Shown: positions 21,834-30,623 of the stretch, piece by piece | Layout of the letters: the number at the start of each line of letters is the position of its first letter | How positions within the stretch are numbered: the stretch's first letter is position 1 | Notes under the pieces: generated by a model | Told to the model about the DNA's origin: nothing | Databases searched by the model: none | What the model saw: only the letters and a program-made list of their open reading frames with translations | Virus record (IMG/VR): IMGVR_UViG_3300007639_000002 | Span: 15,144 to 79,143 of that record | DNA: 64,000 nucleotides | Strand: one strand, 5' to 3' | Origin: a virus | Translations under genes and position numbers: made by a program

Positions 21834-22076
21834 TTAACAATCATAGATATCCTTACGGCATTCCCATGTTTTTAGAGAGTCACGAGTGTTTTCTTCTGAT
21901 GTAGTGTCATCCAGCAAACAAGGGCTGTCAAACAAAAAGGATAAGTCATAGGAGTGTGGAGACTTCTCCATAGCATTCATTGTCTGGTTAGCAACTGCCG
22001 ACAAAAGTAAGTTTAAAATAAACTTAGTTGCGTCTATTGCCTTGATTAAAGCAATAAAACGAATACGTTTTATCAT
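21834..22076 (-). CDS. Hypothetical protein
   Basis: 80 aa ORF. Confidence 0.4.
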   Translation of the reverse strand: MIKRIRFIALIKAIDATKFILNLLLSAVANQTMNAMEKSPHSYDLSFLFDSPCLLDDTTSEENTRDSLKTWECRKDIYDC

Positions 22077-22088
22077 TTTAAATAGTCT

Positions 22089-22907
22089 TTACATATCCCA
22101 AGGAAGAGGGTACTTTTCAAAGTCCATGTCACCTGCTGGGTGATGGTGCTCTAAAAGATCCTGAGGCTGGAAGAAGGATTCTCCTCCGGCTTTATCTTGA
22201 GCAAGCAACGCTTTCCATTCAGGATGTTTTGGGTCAGCAACTTTGTACTCACGCACCATTTGGCCTTTACGAGATTGTTTTCCATCTATCATAGGATATA
22301 CACGGGTGTCTGTAGGAATACTAGGAATTGGTGGTTGGCCCGATGTCCAAGAAGAGCCTGTACCGGTTTGGTAACGAGTATCGGCACCCATTAGTTCCAT
22401 ACCTTTAGCACGGATGGCTTGGCAACGAGGGTGTTCACAACGACCAGCAGTACGTAACATAAATACACCAGTTTGGTATCCGGGGTTTTGTTTGTGAGTT
22501 TCGTAGTACCTAGATGGGGCACCACCAAATGCTCCTGCACCTGAACCAGCCATAGAAGGACGTAAAGACGCAGGGTCATCACCACTGGAGCCTTCGTCAA
22601 GTGACGGGTTCTTAACGTAGTCACCAGAACTTCCTGCTGCTTCTTCTGAAACTCTAGCGGCATCTATTTTATTAACAGAACCACCCAAGTTTACTGAGGT
22701 GCTCAGTCCAGCGCCACCACGTTGTGCAGAACGTGTACGTGCGTAAGCAGGATCAACCCGTTCATTCATCCTACGAAGACCTTCTACTTGGTCAGCGGTA
22801 AAAGAACCATATGATTCTGCTTCAGGAGCGCCGGACTCAATACCGGCAAGTTCTGCGTCAGAAGGTCCACTTAGACCAGAAAACTGTGATGAGGAAAGAT
22901 CAGGCAT
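22089..22907 (-). CDS. Hypothetical low-complexity protein
   Basis: Leaderless-type start; N-terminus MPDLSSSQF. Confidence 0.6.
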   Translation of the reverse strand: MPDLSSSQFSGLSGPSDAELAGIESGAPEAESYGSFTADQVEGLRRMNERVDPAYARTRSAQRGGAGLSTSVNLGGSVNKIDAARVSEEAAGSSGDYVKNPSLDEGSSGDDPASLRPSMAGSGAGAFGGAPSRYYETHKQNPGYQTGVFMLRTAGRCEHPRCQAIRAKGMELMGADTRYQTGTGSSWTSGQPPIPSIPTDTRVYPMIDGKQSRKGQMVREYKVADPKHPEWKALLAQDKAGGESFFQPQDLLEHHHPAGDMDFEKYPLPWDM

Positions 22908-22927
22908 GTATGTATTCTACCTTATAT

Positions 22928-23182
22928 TTAGAAGTTAGGATTACCAAGATTGTCAAATAGTGTTGTAGGCATTTGGTCTTCTTTGCCGTGTGCTTCATGG
23001 AACTCTTGCGACCTATTGCCGTATTTGTTGGGTTCGGCACGCCCGTGCAGAATGTCCATTTTGCGTTGCAAAGAGTCTGCATCTTGTTGTTTTCTTTTAG
23101 CACGCCACTCAGCCATTCTACGGTTTTTGTTTGGCGTAAAATCCCCTGAATAGCGGTCATAATCTTCGCCGGACATCCCCAT
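22928..23182 (-). CDS. Hypothetical protein
   Basis: 84 aa; GAGGA upstream. Confidence 0.5.
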   Translation of the reverse strand: MGMSGEDYDRYSGDFTPNKNRRMAEWRAKRKQQDADSLQRKMDILHGRAEPNKYGNRSQEFHEAHGKEDQMPTTLFDNLGNPNF

Positions 23183-23354
23183 TAGTGGTCGTCCTCAGAG
23201 TAGTGGTACATCTGCTGGTATTCACGATCATTGTGATTAAACTTGCGAAGTCGCCCACGCTTGTCGTAATATAGGATGTTACCCTCGTCATCAGCATAGG
23301 AATCGTCGTCTGGTTGGCTCCAGTTTTGGGAGGAAGGCATATCTACAGTATAAA

Positions 23355-23942
23355 CTAACTCTTAGGTATATTATTGAAGCGGTAGGCTAACTGCCAGTAG
23401 AACTTACCCACGACGGGCCAAGTAACATTCGTACTTCCTTCAAACCATGATGTACCACTTGCGTCATTGGGAATTACATCAAATACGTTGGTAACATCGT
23501 TAAAATTCAAGGAATTCAACAACTTCTCAACCCTTGTCTCGTGGCAGTTCCAGTGATGATGAGCGCCGTCCCACCATTCCAAGCCGGGAACGTGGGTATC
23601 AGGAACATCTAAATGCTCCATAACTGACTCTACTAACCACCAAGGCTGAGTGCCATCTTTCCATAATTTAATAGTTTTATGAACGTCTGGACCAACAACA
23701 AGCATCGGTGCATTGGGTTTAGCAATGCGTTGCATATCTTTAAGAAATGTGGATACTTCTAACCATGGAATGTGCTCCAATACGTGACCCATATACACGG
23801 CATCAAACGTATTGTCTTCAAAAGGGTATGGTTCACCGGGAGTTACTTTGACATCTGGTTTGGTGTCTTCTGTTTCCCACGTATCCGAATTTACCCAACC
23901 CTGTGCATAATGGGTTCCACAACCTACATTTAATAGTTTCAT
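23355..23942 (-). CDS. Class I SAM-dependent methyltransferase
   Basis: LNVGCG, PFEDNTFDAV, HVLEH. Confidence 0.8.
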   Translation of the reverse strand: MKLLNVGCGTHYAQGWVNSDTWETEDTKPDVKVTPGEPYPFEDNTFDAVYMGHVLEHIPWLEVSTFLKDMQRIAKPNAPMLVVGPDVHKTIKLWKDGTQPWWLVESVMEHLDVPDTHVPGLEWWDGAHHHWNCHETRVEKLLNSLNFNDVTNVFDVIPNDASGTSWFEGSTNVTWPVVGKFYWQLAYRFNNIPKS

Positions 23943-24724
23943 TTGAGGGAACTACTTTCATCATCTACTGGAAAACAATAACCGTCACCGTGTGTGTATG
24001 CTTCAGGCATATCTTGTCGGTGGTTAATACCCGAATAATGGGCAATTAAAGATTTACGTTCCATATCGGGAATGTTTGGTAAAGAACCACGGTGCAATAG
24101 TCGCCCATGCCATAAAAGCACATCTCCACGCTTTGGTAGGTGAGAAGTTATTTCTGCGTTTCTAGATTCAATCTCTTCAGTGAACAAAGGGGTAAGTAGG
24201 CGCTCTGAGTGTGTAGGCCACCTGTGGTCACGCTCTGAAGGGTCAAGAGCCTCAAGTATCTTTTCACGAGTAACTAAAGGCCACTTATGGGACCCTTTAA
24301 CGTATTGAAAAGGTCCTGAATCAGGATGAATAGTGTCTAAGGCAATCCAAGCAGCAACATAATAGTCACCAACGTGTGGAGGGTTTAAATAGGAATCTTG
24401 GTGCCAATTACGGGTGGTTGACTTCCAACCCGTTAAGTTAAGGTGCACACCTGCCGGTTCCCCAATTAACTTCTGCATTTCCTCTTGTAATGGTCCATAA
24501 CAAAGGATGTCACGTATTTCTTCATGCTGGCGATAAGGGGTGCAGTAATCCCATCCACCTAATCTTGGGTTTACACCCTCTGGTCCATTTTGACGCAACC
24601 AGCATTCTTCGTAGGCAACCATTAACTCTTCAGGAATAAAGTTCTCTAGAACTACTACTCCGTCTTCATTCCAGTCAATGGCACCATTTGGGCTGTACGG
24701 GATTGTTATATCGTCTAGTTTCAC
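23939..24724 (-). CDS. PhyH-family 2OG dioxygenase
   Basis: WHQD, WIALD....SGP...KGSH, GDVLLWHGRLLHRG. Confidence 0.8.
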   Translation of the reverse strand: MKLDDITIPYSPNGAIDWNEDGVVVLENFIPEELMVAYEECWLRQNGPEGVNPRLGGWDYCTPYRQHEEIRDILCYGPLQEEMQKLIGEPAGVHLNLTGWKSTTRNWHQDSYLNPPHVGDYYVAAWIALDTIHPDSGPFQYVKGSHKWPLVTREKILEALDPSERDHRWPTHSERLLTPLFTEEIESRNAEITSHLPKRGDVLLWHGRLLHRGSLPNIPDMERKSLIAHYSGINHRQDMPEAYTHGDGYCFPVDDESSSLK

Positions 24725-24739
24725 AATTTAAATCCTAGT

Positions 24740-24964
24740 CTATTTTTTGTCTACCTTGTTAAACACATCATTAACTTCGTCGGCATCAAGTTTGCCGTCG
24801 TCCATGAAGGCTCTTGCAAGACCTTCAACTACAAATGCTACACCACCAATACCCGCCATAAAACAGGCTTTAAGTGGGGAAACGCCTGCTAAGGCTCCGG
24901 CACCAATTACACCAAGGCCAGAAGCGGCAAATGCAGCCATAATTCTAAATAAAATGTTCTTCAT
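24740..24964 (-). CDS. Holin-like membrane protein
   Basis: Two TM helices and a charged C-terminus. Confidence 0.5.
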   Translation of the reverse strand: MKNILFRIMAAFAASGLGVIGAGALAGVSPLKACFMAGIGGVAFVVEGLARAFMDDGKLDADEVNDVFNKVDKK

Positions 24965-25106
24965 TACATGCTTTCTCTATAAGGATATAAACATGTTATT
25001 CATCGTCTTTAGAAGTGGTTTCACGGATAAACGCCAAGGCTTGGCTAACTATTAAACATGAGACCACGAATATAGCAACAACTGTAAAACGCATTAACCT
25101 ATTGTA

Positions 25107-25280
25107 CTACCCGCCGTTGCGATAGAATCCCCTACCAACAAGATTTACTGTTGGAGCGCTAAATACACGTTTTAGTTGTTCAGCGCATTCTGGGCAAAGC
25201 ATAAGGGGTTCATCGTCATGGATTCCCCGTTCCTGCTCCCACTGGTGTTCATTTGGGCACTTATATTGGTACGTTGGCAT
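25107..25280 (-). CDS. FmdB-family zinc-ribbon protein
   Basis: Hand-translated, 57 aa: MPTYQYKCPNEHQWE...CPECAEQLKRVFSAPTVNLVGRGFY. Confidence 0.75.
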   Translation of the reverse strand: MPTYQYKCPNEHQWEQERGIHDDEPLMLCPECAEQLKRVFSAPTVNLVGRGFYRNGG

Positions 25281-25295
25281 GGCAAAGAGTATAGG

Positions 25296-25901
25296 CTAAA
25301 AAGTCTCCATGCCGGGCAAGGGAGTGTTTTCCGCTGGTGCAGGTGTTGCTTTTTGACTTGTTTTTCCACGTAATTCTCTTAGATGCTTTTTTGCACGACG
25401 CATTGTGCCCGCTGGAATCTCATGCATTGTGGAATCTTGCCTAAAATCGTCAAGTTCACCAGCGTTCATAGTGTTTTCCATTAAACTCATGCTGTTATGG
25501 TTTGAAATTGGCTCAGTAGTCACAGGCAATCCTAGTTTTTTAGCGTGTTCTACCAGTTGACTACTGTATTTAGACAAATCGTTACTAGGAACAATTGGTG
25601 CATTGTACTTTTGATGTAAATTTGCAACCATTGTTGGGGCATGAATACGCAAACTAGGGTCAAATACCATGTAATTTACGTGAATCCCAGCCGGGTTATG
25701 ACTAAAAAGGGTACGATTGCCATTATCGTCCGTACTATGGTAGTAACTGTAGTAATCTGGCCTGTATTCACCAGTGATGTTACCGTAAGGTCTTTCAAGG
25801 TTGCCAGAAAAGGCTTTTACAGATTGAGAACCAAGCACAAAATGGTCAAAACGCTTTGTGCCGTCACCCCTAGCGAATTCGCTTTCGTGGAAAGTACTCA
25901 T
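25296..25901 (-). CDS. Hypothetical protein
   Basis: 201 aa ORF. Confidence 0.6.
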   Translation of the reverse strand: MSTFHESEFARGDGTKRFDHFVLGSQSVKAFSGNLERPYGNITGEYRPDYYSYYHSTDDNGNRTLFSHNPAGIHVNYMVFDPSLRIHAPTMVANLHQKYNAPIVPSNDLSKYSSQLVEHAKKLGLPVTTEPISNHNSMSLMENTMNAGELDDFRQDSTMHEIPAGTMRRAKKHLRELRGKTSQKATPAPAENTPLPGMETF

Positions 25902-25906
25902 AACTA

Positions 25907-26596
25907 CTAGTATTCTTCTCTTTCGCCTACATGCTTAAGAAGTTGCTCTGTCTCTGGGTTATAAGTGTACCTTTGAAAACCATGCTCTTCGGTTGGGTGG
26001 CCCAAATTAGTGTAATGCTCAACATTAATAAGGTTAGAAAAAGGAGGTAATGGAGCAGTCAATATTTTCATGCTTTCACCAAGGTTTTTAAGTCTTCCCT
26101 CTGCATGCCAGTTACTGGTGTCAATTTTATTATGTGTTGCTAAATGTTCATGAATATCTTTAACTGTTTTATTAGTCATGTCGGGGTGTGGTGCCCATAC
26201 ACCGTTTGTATTAAAAGCGCCACCGCCGTTTTTATAGTTTATTTCAAAAAACCTGTCATGACCAGTGCCCTCTTCGTCATGTCTTTCATACCCAAGTTCT
26301 AGTGGAATCATTGCGTCAACCGCACGAGAGTGGTATCCAGTTTTAATATTACGACCAGTAGTAATACTGGAAACAAGTGGGCTTTCTGATTGCAATACGT
26401 TTGAGTCTAAATGTTCAGTACCCCAACCACCACCACCACCATGATAGTCTTTAAGGCTCAATGTATGTCCCAGCGCCATGCCATACTTTTTTCCATCAAT
26501 GTGTGCTGTTTTAGGGTCTGTTAAAACATCATGACCCATATTGGAAGCATGGCGTAGTGCTTTTTGAACTCGGGTAATGTCAAGGTAATTGTCCAT
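25907..26596 (-). CDS. Hypothetical protein
   Basis: 229 aa; TAAACT-N7-ATG start. Confidence 0.6.
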   Translation of the reverse strand: MDNYLDITRVQKALRHASNMGHDVLTDPKTAHIDGKKYGMALGHTLSLKDYHGGGGGWGTEHLDSNVLQSESPLVSSITTGRNIKTGYHSRAVDAMIPLELGYERHDEEGTGHDRFFEINYKNGGGAFNTNGVWAPHPDMTNKTVKDIHEHLATHNKIDTSNWHAEGRLKNLGESMKILTAPLPPFSNLINVEHYTNLGHPTEEHGFQRYTYNPETEQLLKHVGEREEY

Positions 26597-26601
26597 GTCT
26601 A

Positions 26602-26889
26602 CTAGTTTACGTTAAACCCACGTTGAATGCCCTGAGACTTTTGAAACTTTCCTAGGGCAAGGGACTGGCGCATTTTCTGTGTAGCAGGTGGGCAACCATG
26701 GCGACCAGAGCAGGTGCTGGACGCAGTATAAGGATTCCCTCTATCGTCAAAGTGCAGGTGCCCCGGCTTTAACTCAGGAGTTCCGTCTTTACGAGTGTAC
26801 TCTTGGTCTAACTCAGGCTGTAGAGATACTTCCCAAGCCCAGTCATGGTGCTCTTGTGGAATGAACTGTGGACCATCAGGTGCGGGCAT
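26602..26889 (-). CDS. Hypothetical protein
   Basis: 95 aa; TAAACT-N7-ATG start. Confidence 0.55.
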   Translation of the reverse strand: MPAPDGPQFIPQEHHDWAWEVSLQPELDQEYTRKDGTPELKPGHLHFDDRGNPYTASSTCSGRHGCPPATQKMRQSLALGKFQKSQGIQRGFNVN

Positions 26890-26899
26890 ATCTACTAGT

Positions 26900-27538
26900 T
26901 TACTTTACATTTACAATCTTGTAGTCGTAAGCGTTGTCGTCAGAGGTAAGCCACTTGCTACCGTCCTCAACACCCCATACCTTATCGCTTACTAGTCGCT
27001 CAATGAGCGTTTCACCCTTTTTGGTTGTATGAGAGGGGTCCCATAGTTTTATTCTATTGTTTGGCTGGATTGCAAAGTTGCCGTCTTCTCGCTCAATAAC
27101 GTGCCCACACTTGTGGTTAGCGGAGTCTTCTGAGTAGTTTGTGTTCGGGATGTTGTTGTCGGGGTGGTGCCAGTCAAGAGTAAACAGGTAAGAGCCGTTT
27201 ACGTCCTTCTTATGCCTGTCAATGTACGTGACAGACCTGCCACGCATGTGCTCAAATGTCGTTACTGCTATATAAGGGGAGAAGCAGTTCCACATGACTA
27301 AATCATGGATATCCACTTCAGGGCTGTCTTCTCGCATGCAGAACGCATTTATTGGTGCTCTCCACCAAACTCCCCCGTCTTCCATCAAGAAGTGGAACAC
27401 AGGCGCTCTATCCGTTACTGAGGCGACTCCAAAGATAACAACTGGGAACTTTAAGTCATGACTGTCCTCTTGGTTCCGAAGGAAGTTGCCTCTAACAAAA
27501 CAGTGAACTGGAGGAACATTGGCGTTAAGTTCAGGCAT
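26900..27538 (-). CDS. Phage hypothetical protein
   Basis: 212 aa; LNANVPP, YLFTLDW, FAIQPNNR. Confidence 0.65.
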   Translation of the reverse strand: MPELNANVPPVHCFVRGNFLRNQEDSHDLKFPVVIFGVASVTDRAPVFHFLMEDGGVWWRAPINAFCMREDSPEVDIHDLVMWNCFSPYIAVTTFEHMRGRSVTYIDRHKKDVNGSYLFTLDWHHPDNNIPNTNYSEDSANHKCGHVIEREDGNFAIQPNNRIKLWDPSHTTKKGETLIERLVSDKVWGVEDGSKWLTSDDNAYDYKIVNVK

Positions 27539-27547
27539 GCATGAAGT

Positions 27548-27862
27548 TTACTCTATATGCTTTAGCATGTACGGGTGAATGTCGTGCGTGAGCACATTAC
27601 CATGAGATTCTGTCCATCCCCAAGGCGCAGAGTCAGGAAGTTCTACGGAGAACACTTCGTCGCCGTATTCTTTAGCGGTATTAAGGTCTTCAGTAAGGTA
27701 CACGCCTGTAGGATGCCCCGAGTCTTCATACCCCTCTGGAAACTGGTCACTATCAGCAGCAGGGTTATTTGCTTTTAAGCCGTGCTCTTTAATTGACTCC
27801 ACGTTATGCGCCCCTGTACCGTGGTAATAAGTACGAAACTGATGTGGATTAAGGGAAGCCAT
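27548..27862 (-). CDS. ADP-ribosyltransferase-fold protein (H-Y type)
   Basis: YYHGT...SIKEHGL...GVYLT...AKEYG. Confidence 0.6.
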   Translation of the reverse strand: MASLNPHQFRTYYHGTGAHNVESIKEHGLKANNPAADSDQFPEGYEDSGHPTGVYLTEDLNTAKEYGDEVFSVELPDSAPWGWTESHGNVLTHDIHPYMLKHIE

Positions 27863-27905
27863 CTATTTAGTTTACTCTACTACCGAAGATTTTTTAGCCG
27901 TCTAC

Positions 27906-28478
27906 TCAATCCCTGCCCCAAGGACCAGTTTCAACGTCCTTGTTCCTAAGCCCTAAGTAGTCCACTTGGTCGGGGTTAACCAGATGTTTAGGCAACATAT
28001 AAGAAACAGAGCCTTTATCCTCAAACTGGTTAAGGTATGGCACTACTTTATTACCACGCCCCACATCTTCAACGGGCTTTACGGTTGTCTCCCACAAACT
28101 TCTTTGCTGTGGTCCATGTATGTTTTCGTTGTCTTGGGGATTAAAGGAATAGGCAGAATCTGAATCCATGTGTACTTCGTCAAGCATTGTTTTTGGAACC
28201 TTGTAGACATGGTGCCACGAACTTCTTCCAGCCCTAGTACGGGCTGCGCCCAGTGTGCCAAGGTGGATTACGTCGTTGGACTGGTTAGACGAGAAGGGAC
28301 TAGAACCTAATTCTAGTAAATGCAAATCAGGATGGTCTTGAGTATGCGGGGGGACTGGGCTGCTACTTGCGTGGTACGCCAAGACATGTGTGCGTGGTCT
28401 TACCTGAACAGGTGTTTCTTGAGGTGTGGGGCGGGCAACGTTCCCAAATAAATCTAAATTGAGATGGTCTGCTGACAT
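27906..28478 (-). CDS. Possible divergent ART-fold protein
   Basis: AYHASS...IHLGTLGAA...YLNQFED.GSVSY. Confidence 0.35.
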   Translation of the reverse strand: MSADHLNLDLFGNVARPTPQETPVQVRPRTHVLAYHASSSPVPPHTQDHPDLHLLELGSSPFSSNQSNDVIHLGTLGAARTRAGRSSWHHVYKVPKTMLDEVHMDSDSAYSFNPQDNENIHGPQQRSLWETTVKPVEDVGRGNKVVPYLNQFEDKGSVSYMLPKHLVNPDQVDYLGLRNKDVETGPWGRD

Positions 28479-28496
28479 CTAACTAGTTTACTATGC

Positions 28497-29480
28497 CTAA
28501 TCAAAGAGATTGAGTTGTTCTGGTTGTTTTTTAGCAGGAGCAGGCTCATTTTCCATATTTTCAAAATGGTGCCCCGTGGCTTTTTTAAAAGTATAATTGC
28601 GGGTTTGAACAAAAGTATCCCGTGCTTCAGGATCATTAAATAATTCTGGTTTATACCCATAACCGGGGCGAGTGCCTGCATCACTGCCTAAATTTCTTAT
28701 AAGTCTTCCAAATTCCCCACCAGCAGCGTCTTGGTCACGCCTTTTCTGACCACGTGTAACACGGGCATGCGCCAAACGATAACCTTCTGCAACTCCTTCG
28801 GCACGTGGTAATACCAGTGAACCCATTGGATTAGTTGTAGTTGCGTTGTAGGTATGCCCTGCGGGGTCTTTTTGTGCTTTGATACGCTCACTATGGAATT
28901 TAAGTGGGTTTTGGTTAGCATCTAAAGCATGCCCAACTTCGTGCAATAAAGTAGTTTGGATGTTTGTAGACGTTGGACCCGTTTGAGACATGCCAATATG
29001 ATAAGGCTCTTCGTCTGGAATAGTTAACTTAACTTCATGATTGATAGGAACATACGATGGATTGTCGTCACCTTTAGATACAGAAACTTGTAATTGACCT
29101 TCTGGGCGGTGTAATTTCTTTAAATCTGAAATTGGTGCCGTAGAACGTGCAAGACCTTCTGTGACAAGAGATTTTGCTATTTTGTCACTTGCTGGGATTA
29201 TTTTATCATGCAGCAGCATGGAATTACGAATGCCAGACGCAGGGTTTGACATGTCACGCACATACTCTGGATGAAGGTTAGGAGAACCATTAACATCAAA
29301 ATGCATGTTGTTAATGGCTTCAATACGCTTAGGATTGTAACCTTTAGGCCATACGTGCTCATGGAACAGTTTTAACTGCCCGCCCCTGCCTACAGGGTGT
29401 TGTTGACCCTCTTTAACCTCTGTGAACTTCTCTGCATGGGCAACTGGTACAGGGGGAGGTATTTTTCTAGAGGATGCCAT
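28497..29480 (-). CDS. HExxH zinc metallopeptidase-like protein
   Basis: TLLHEVGHALD, downstream EGVAE, QLKLF and C-terminal QLNLF. Confidence 0.55.
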   Translation of the reverse strand: MASSRKIPPPVPVAHAEKFTEVKEGQQHPVGRGGQLKLFHEHVWPKGYNPKRIEAINNMHFDVNGSPNLHPEYVRDMSNPASGIRNSMLLHDKIIPASDKIAKSLVTEGLARSTAPISDLKKLHRPEGQLQVSVSKGDDNPSYVPINHEVKLTIPDEEPYHIGMSQTGPTSTNIQTTLLHEVGHALDANQNPLKFHSERIKAQKDPAGHTYNATTTNPMGSLVLPRAEGVAEGYRLAHARVTRGQKRRDQDAAGGEFGRLIRNLGSDAGTRPGYGYKPELFNDPEARDTFVQTRNYTFKKATGHHFENMENEPAPAKKQPEQLNLFD

Positions 29481-29524
29481 ACGTCTAGTTTACATGTATA
29501 CAACAGGTATACAAGTTCAATACA

Positions 29525-29540
29525 TGTTCCACGTGGAACA
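29525..29540. promoter_or_regulatory. parS-like site 1
   Basis: Perfect palindrome TGTTCCACGTGGAACA. Confidence 0.75.
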
Positions 29541-29542
29541 AT

Positions 29543-29842
29543 TTAGTCTTCTTCATGAACCATAATTGGTATTTTTTCAATACCTAAATCACGAGCCACA
29601 ATTGCTCTATGGTGACCATCTATTAATAGGTTTTTTTTAAGAGACACACTAAGTGGAACTTTAATACCTTCATTTTTAATGGAATCATGGAGTGAGTTAT
29701 ATCGTTCACTATCGTGTTGAAAGATATTTTCAACGTCTAATTCCCCAATTGTGTAATCTTTGCCAGAAGGGTCATCAATTTGCATATCCCTAGAAATGAG
29801 ACCACGCAGTTGCTCTTGATTAATGTGTTCGTGTGCTGCCAT
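29543..29842 (-). CDS. ParB N-terminal (ParB/Srx) domain protein
   Basis: L.DSIKNEGIKVPL...LIDGHHR..A..LG..KIP; no HTH seen. Confidence 0.75.
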   Translation of the reverse strand: MAAHEHINQEQLRGLISRDMQIDDPSGKDYTIGELDVENIFQHDSERYNSLHDSIKNEGIKVPLSVSLKKNLLIDGHHRAIVARDLGIEKIPIMVHEED

Positions 29843-30020
29843 ATACCTAGTATAGGGCTATCTAGGCGTTGTTTTTTGGTTAGCGGATTTTTGGAATAGG
29901 GCTATTGGGCCACTGGGCTGCTAGAGGGGGGTGGGTCCTGCCGGGCCACCCAGTAGTAGCGGCGACTTAACCATGGGGGGTATCCACAGTATAGCACCGC
30001 TACCTTACTGGTCACGAATC

Positions 30021-30215
30021 CTAGGCGAGTAACAACTCCCTGTGCTTCCGAGCCACTTCCATGTCTAACAGGTTCACCAGTGCATGAGCCAGTACGTCGT
30101 ACTCGGCTTCACGCCCTGCTAAGACTGCGCCAATATCATCCACCATTGTCTGCATCACATCTACCAATGCGACTGCTGTAACCATTTGCTTGCTGAGTTG
30201 TTTTGTTGTTGTCAT
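30021..30215 (-). CDS. Cassette ORF, hypothetical (MTTTKQ)
   Basis: Leaderless ATG 6 nt after TAAGGT; TAG lies inside the repeat. Confidence 0.7.
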   Translation of the reverse strand: MTTTKQLSKQMVTAVALVDVMQTMVDDIGAVLAGREAEYDVLAHALVNLLDMEVARKHRELLLA

Positions 30216-30254
30216 ACTGCCACCTTACCATGTCCCTGCTGGGAGTCACGATTC

Positions 30255-30446
30255 CTAGATTTCCTCTTCCCAGTCTGAGTTCAGGCGCTCCAATGCCCGC
30301 AGTTCCTCCGCCACATCAAATGCAGTAGCGCATGGTGTGCAGAAGTATAACTCAGTGAGCCACCTGTCCGAGTACATAGGCTCGTGCGTTGGGCTAGGTA
30401 TTGGAGCGTTGCATTCAACGCAGGTGTTTTGTGTTGTCGTTGTCAT
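30255..30446 (-). CDS. Cassette ORF, CxxC...CxxC zinc-finger protein
   Basis: CVEC and CTPC; leaderless start. Confidence 0.7.
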   Translation of the reverse strand: MTTTTQNTCVECNAPIPSPTHEPMYSDRWLTELYFCTPCATAFDVAEELRALERLNSDWEEEI

Positions 30447-30490
30447 GCTTCCAACCTATCACATGACCCTCTCAGGTCACGATTCCTACA

Positions 30491-30511
30491 TAATGAGAAT
30501 GATTCTCAACT
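30491..30511. promoter_or_regulatory. Fur/Zur-family-like box
   Basis: 7-1-7 palindrome TGAGAAT-G-ATTCTCA (30494-30508). Confidence 0.4.
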
Positions 30512-30513
30512 AA

Positions 30514-30529
30514 TGTTCCACGTGGAACA
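30514..30529. promoter_or_regulatory. parS-like site 2
   Basis: TGTTCCACGTGGAACA. Confidence 0.75.
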
Positions 30530-30549
30530 TTCCTAGAGTTGGGGCTATA

Positions 30550-30565
30550 TGTTCCACGTGGAACA
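30550..30565. promoter_or_regulatory. parS-like site 3
   Basis: TGTTCCACGTGGAACA. Confidence 0.75.
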
Positions 30566-30623
30566 TTGGTGCGGAGCGTAGGCAGGTATCCACCTACCCA
30601 CACCCACCCAGCCATTGCTGGCA

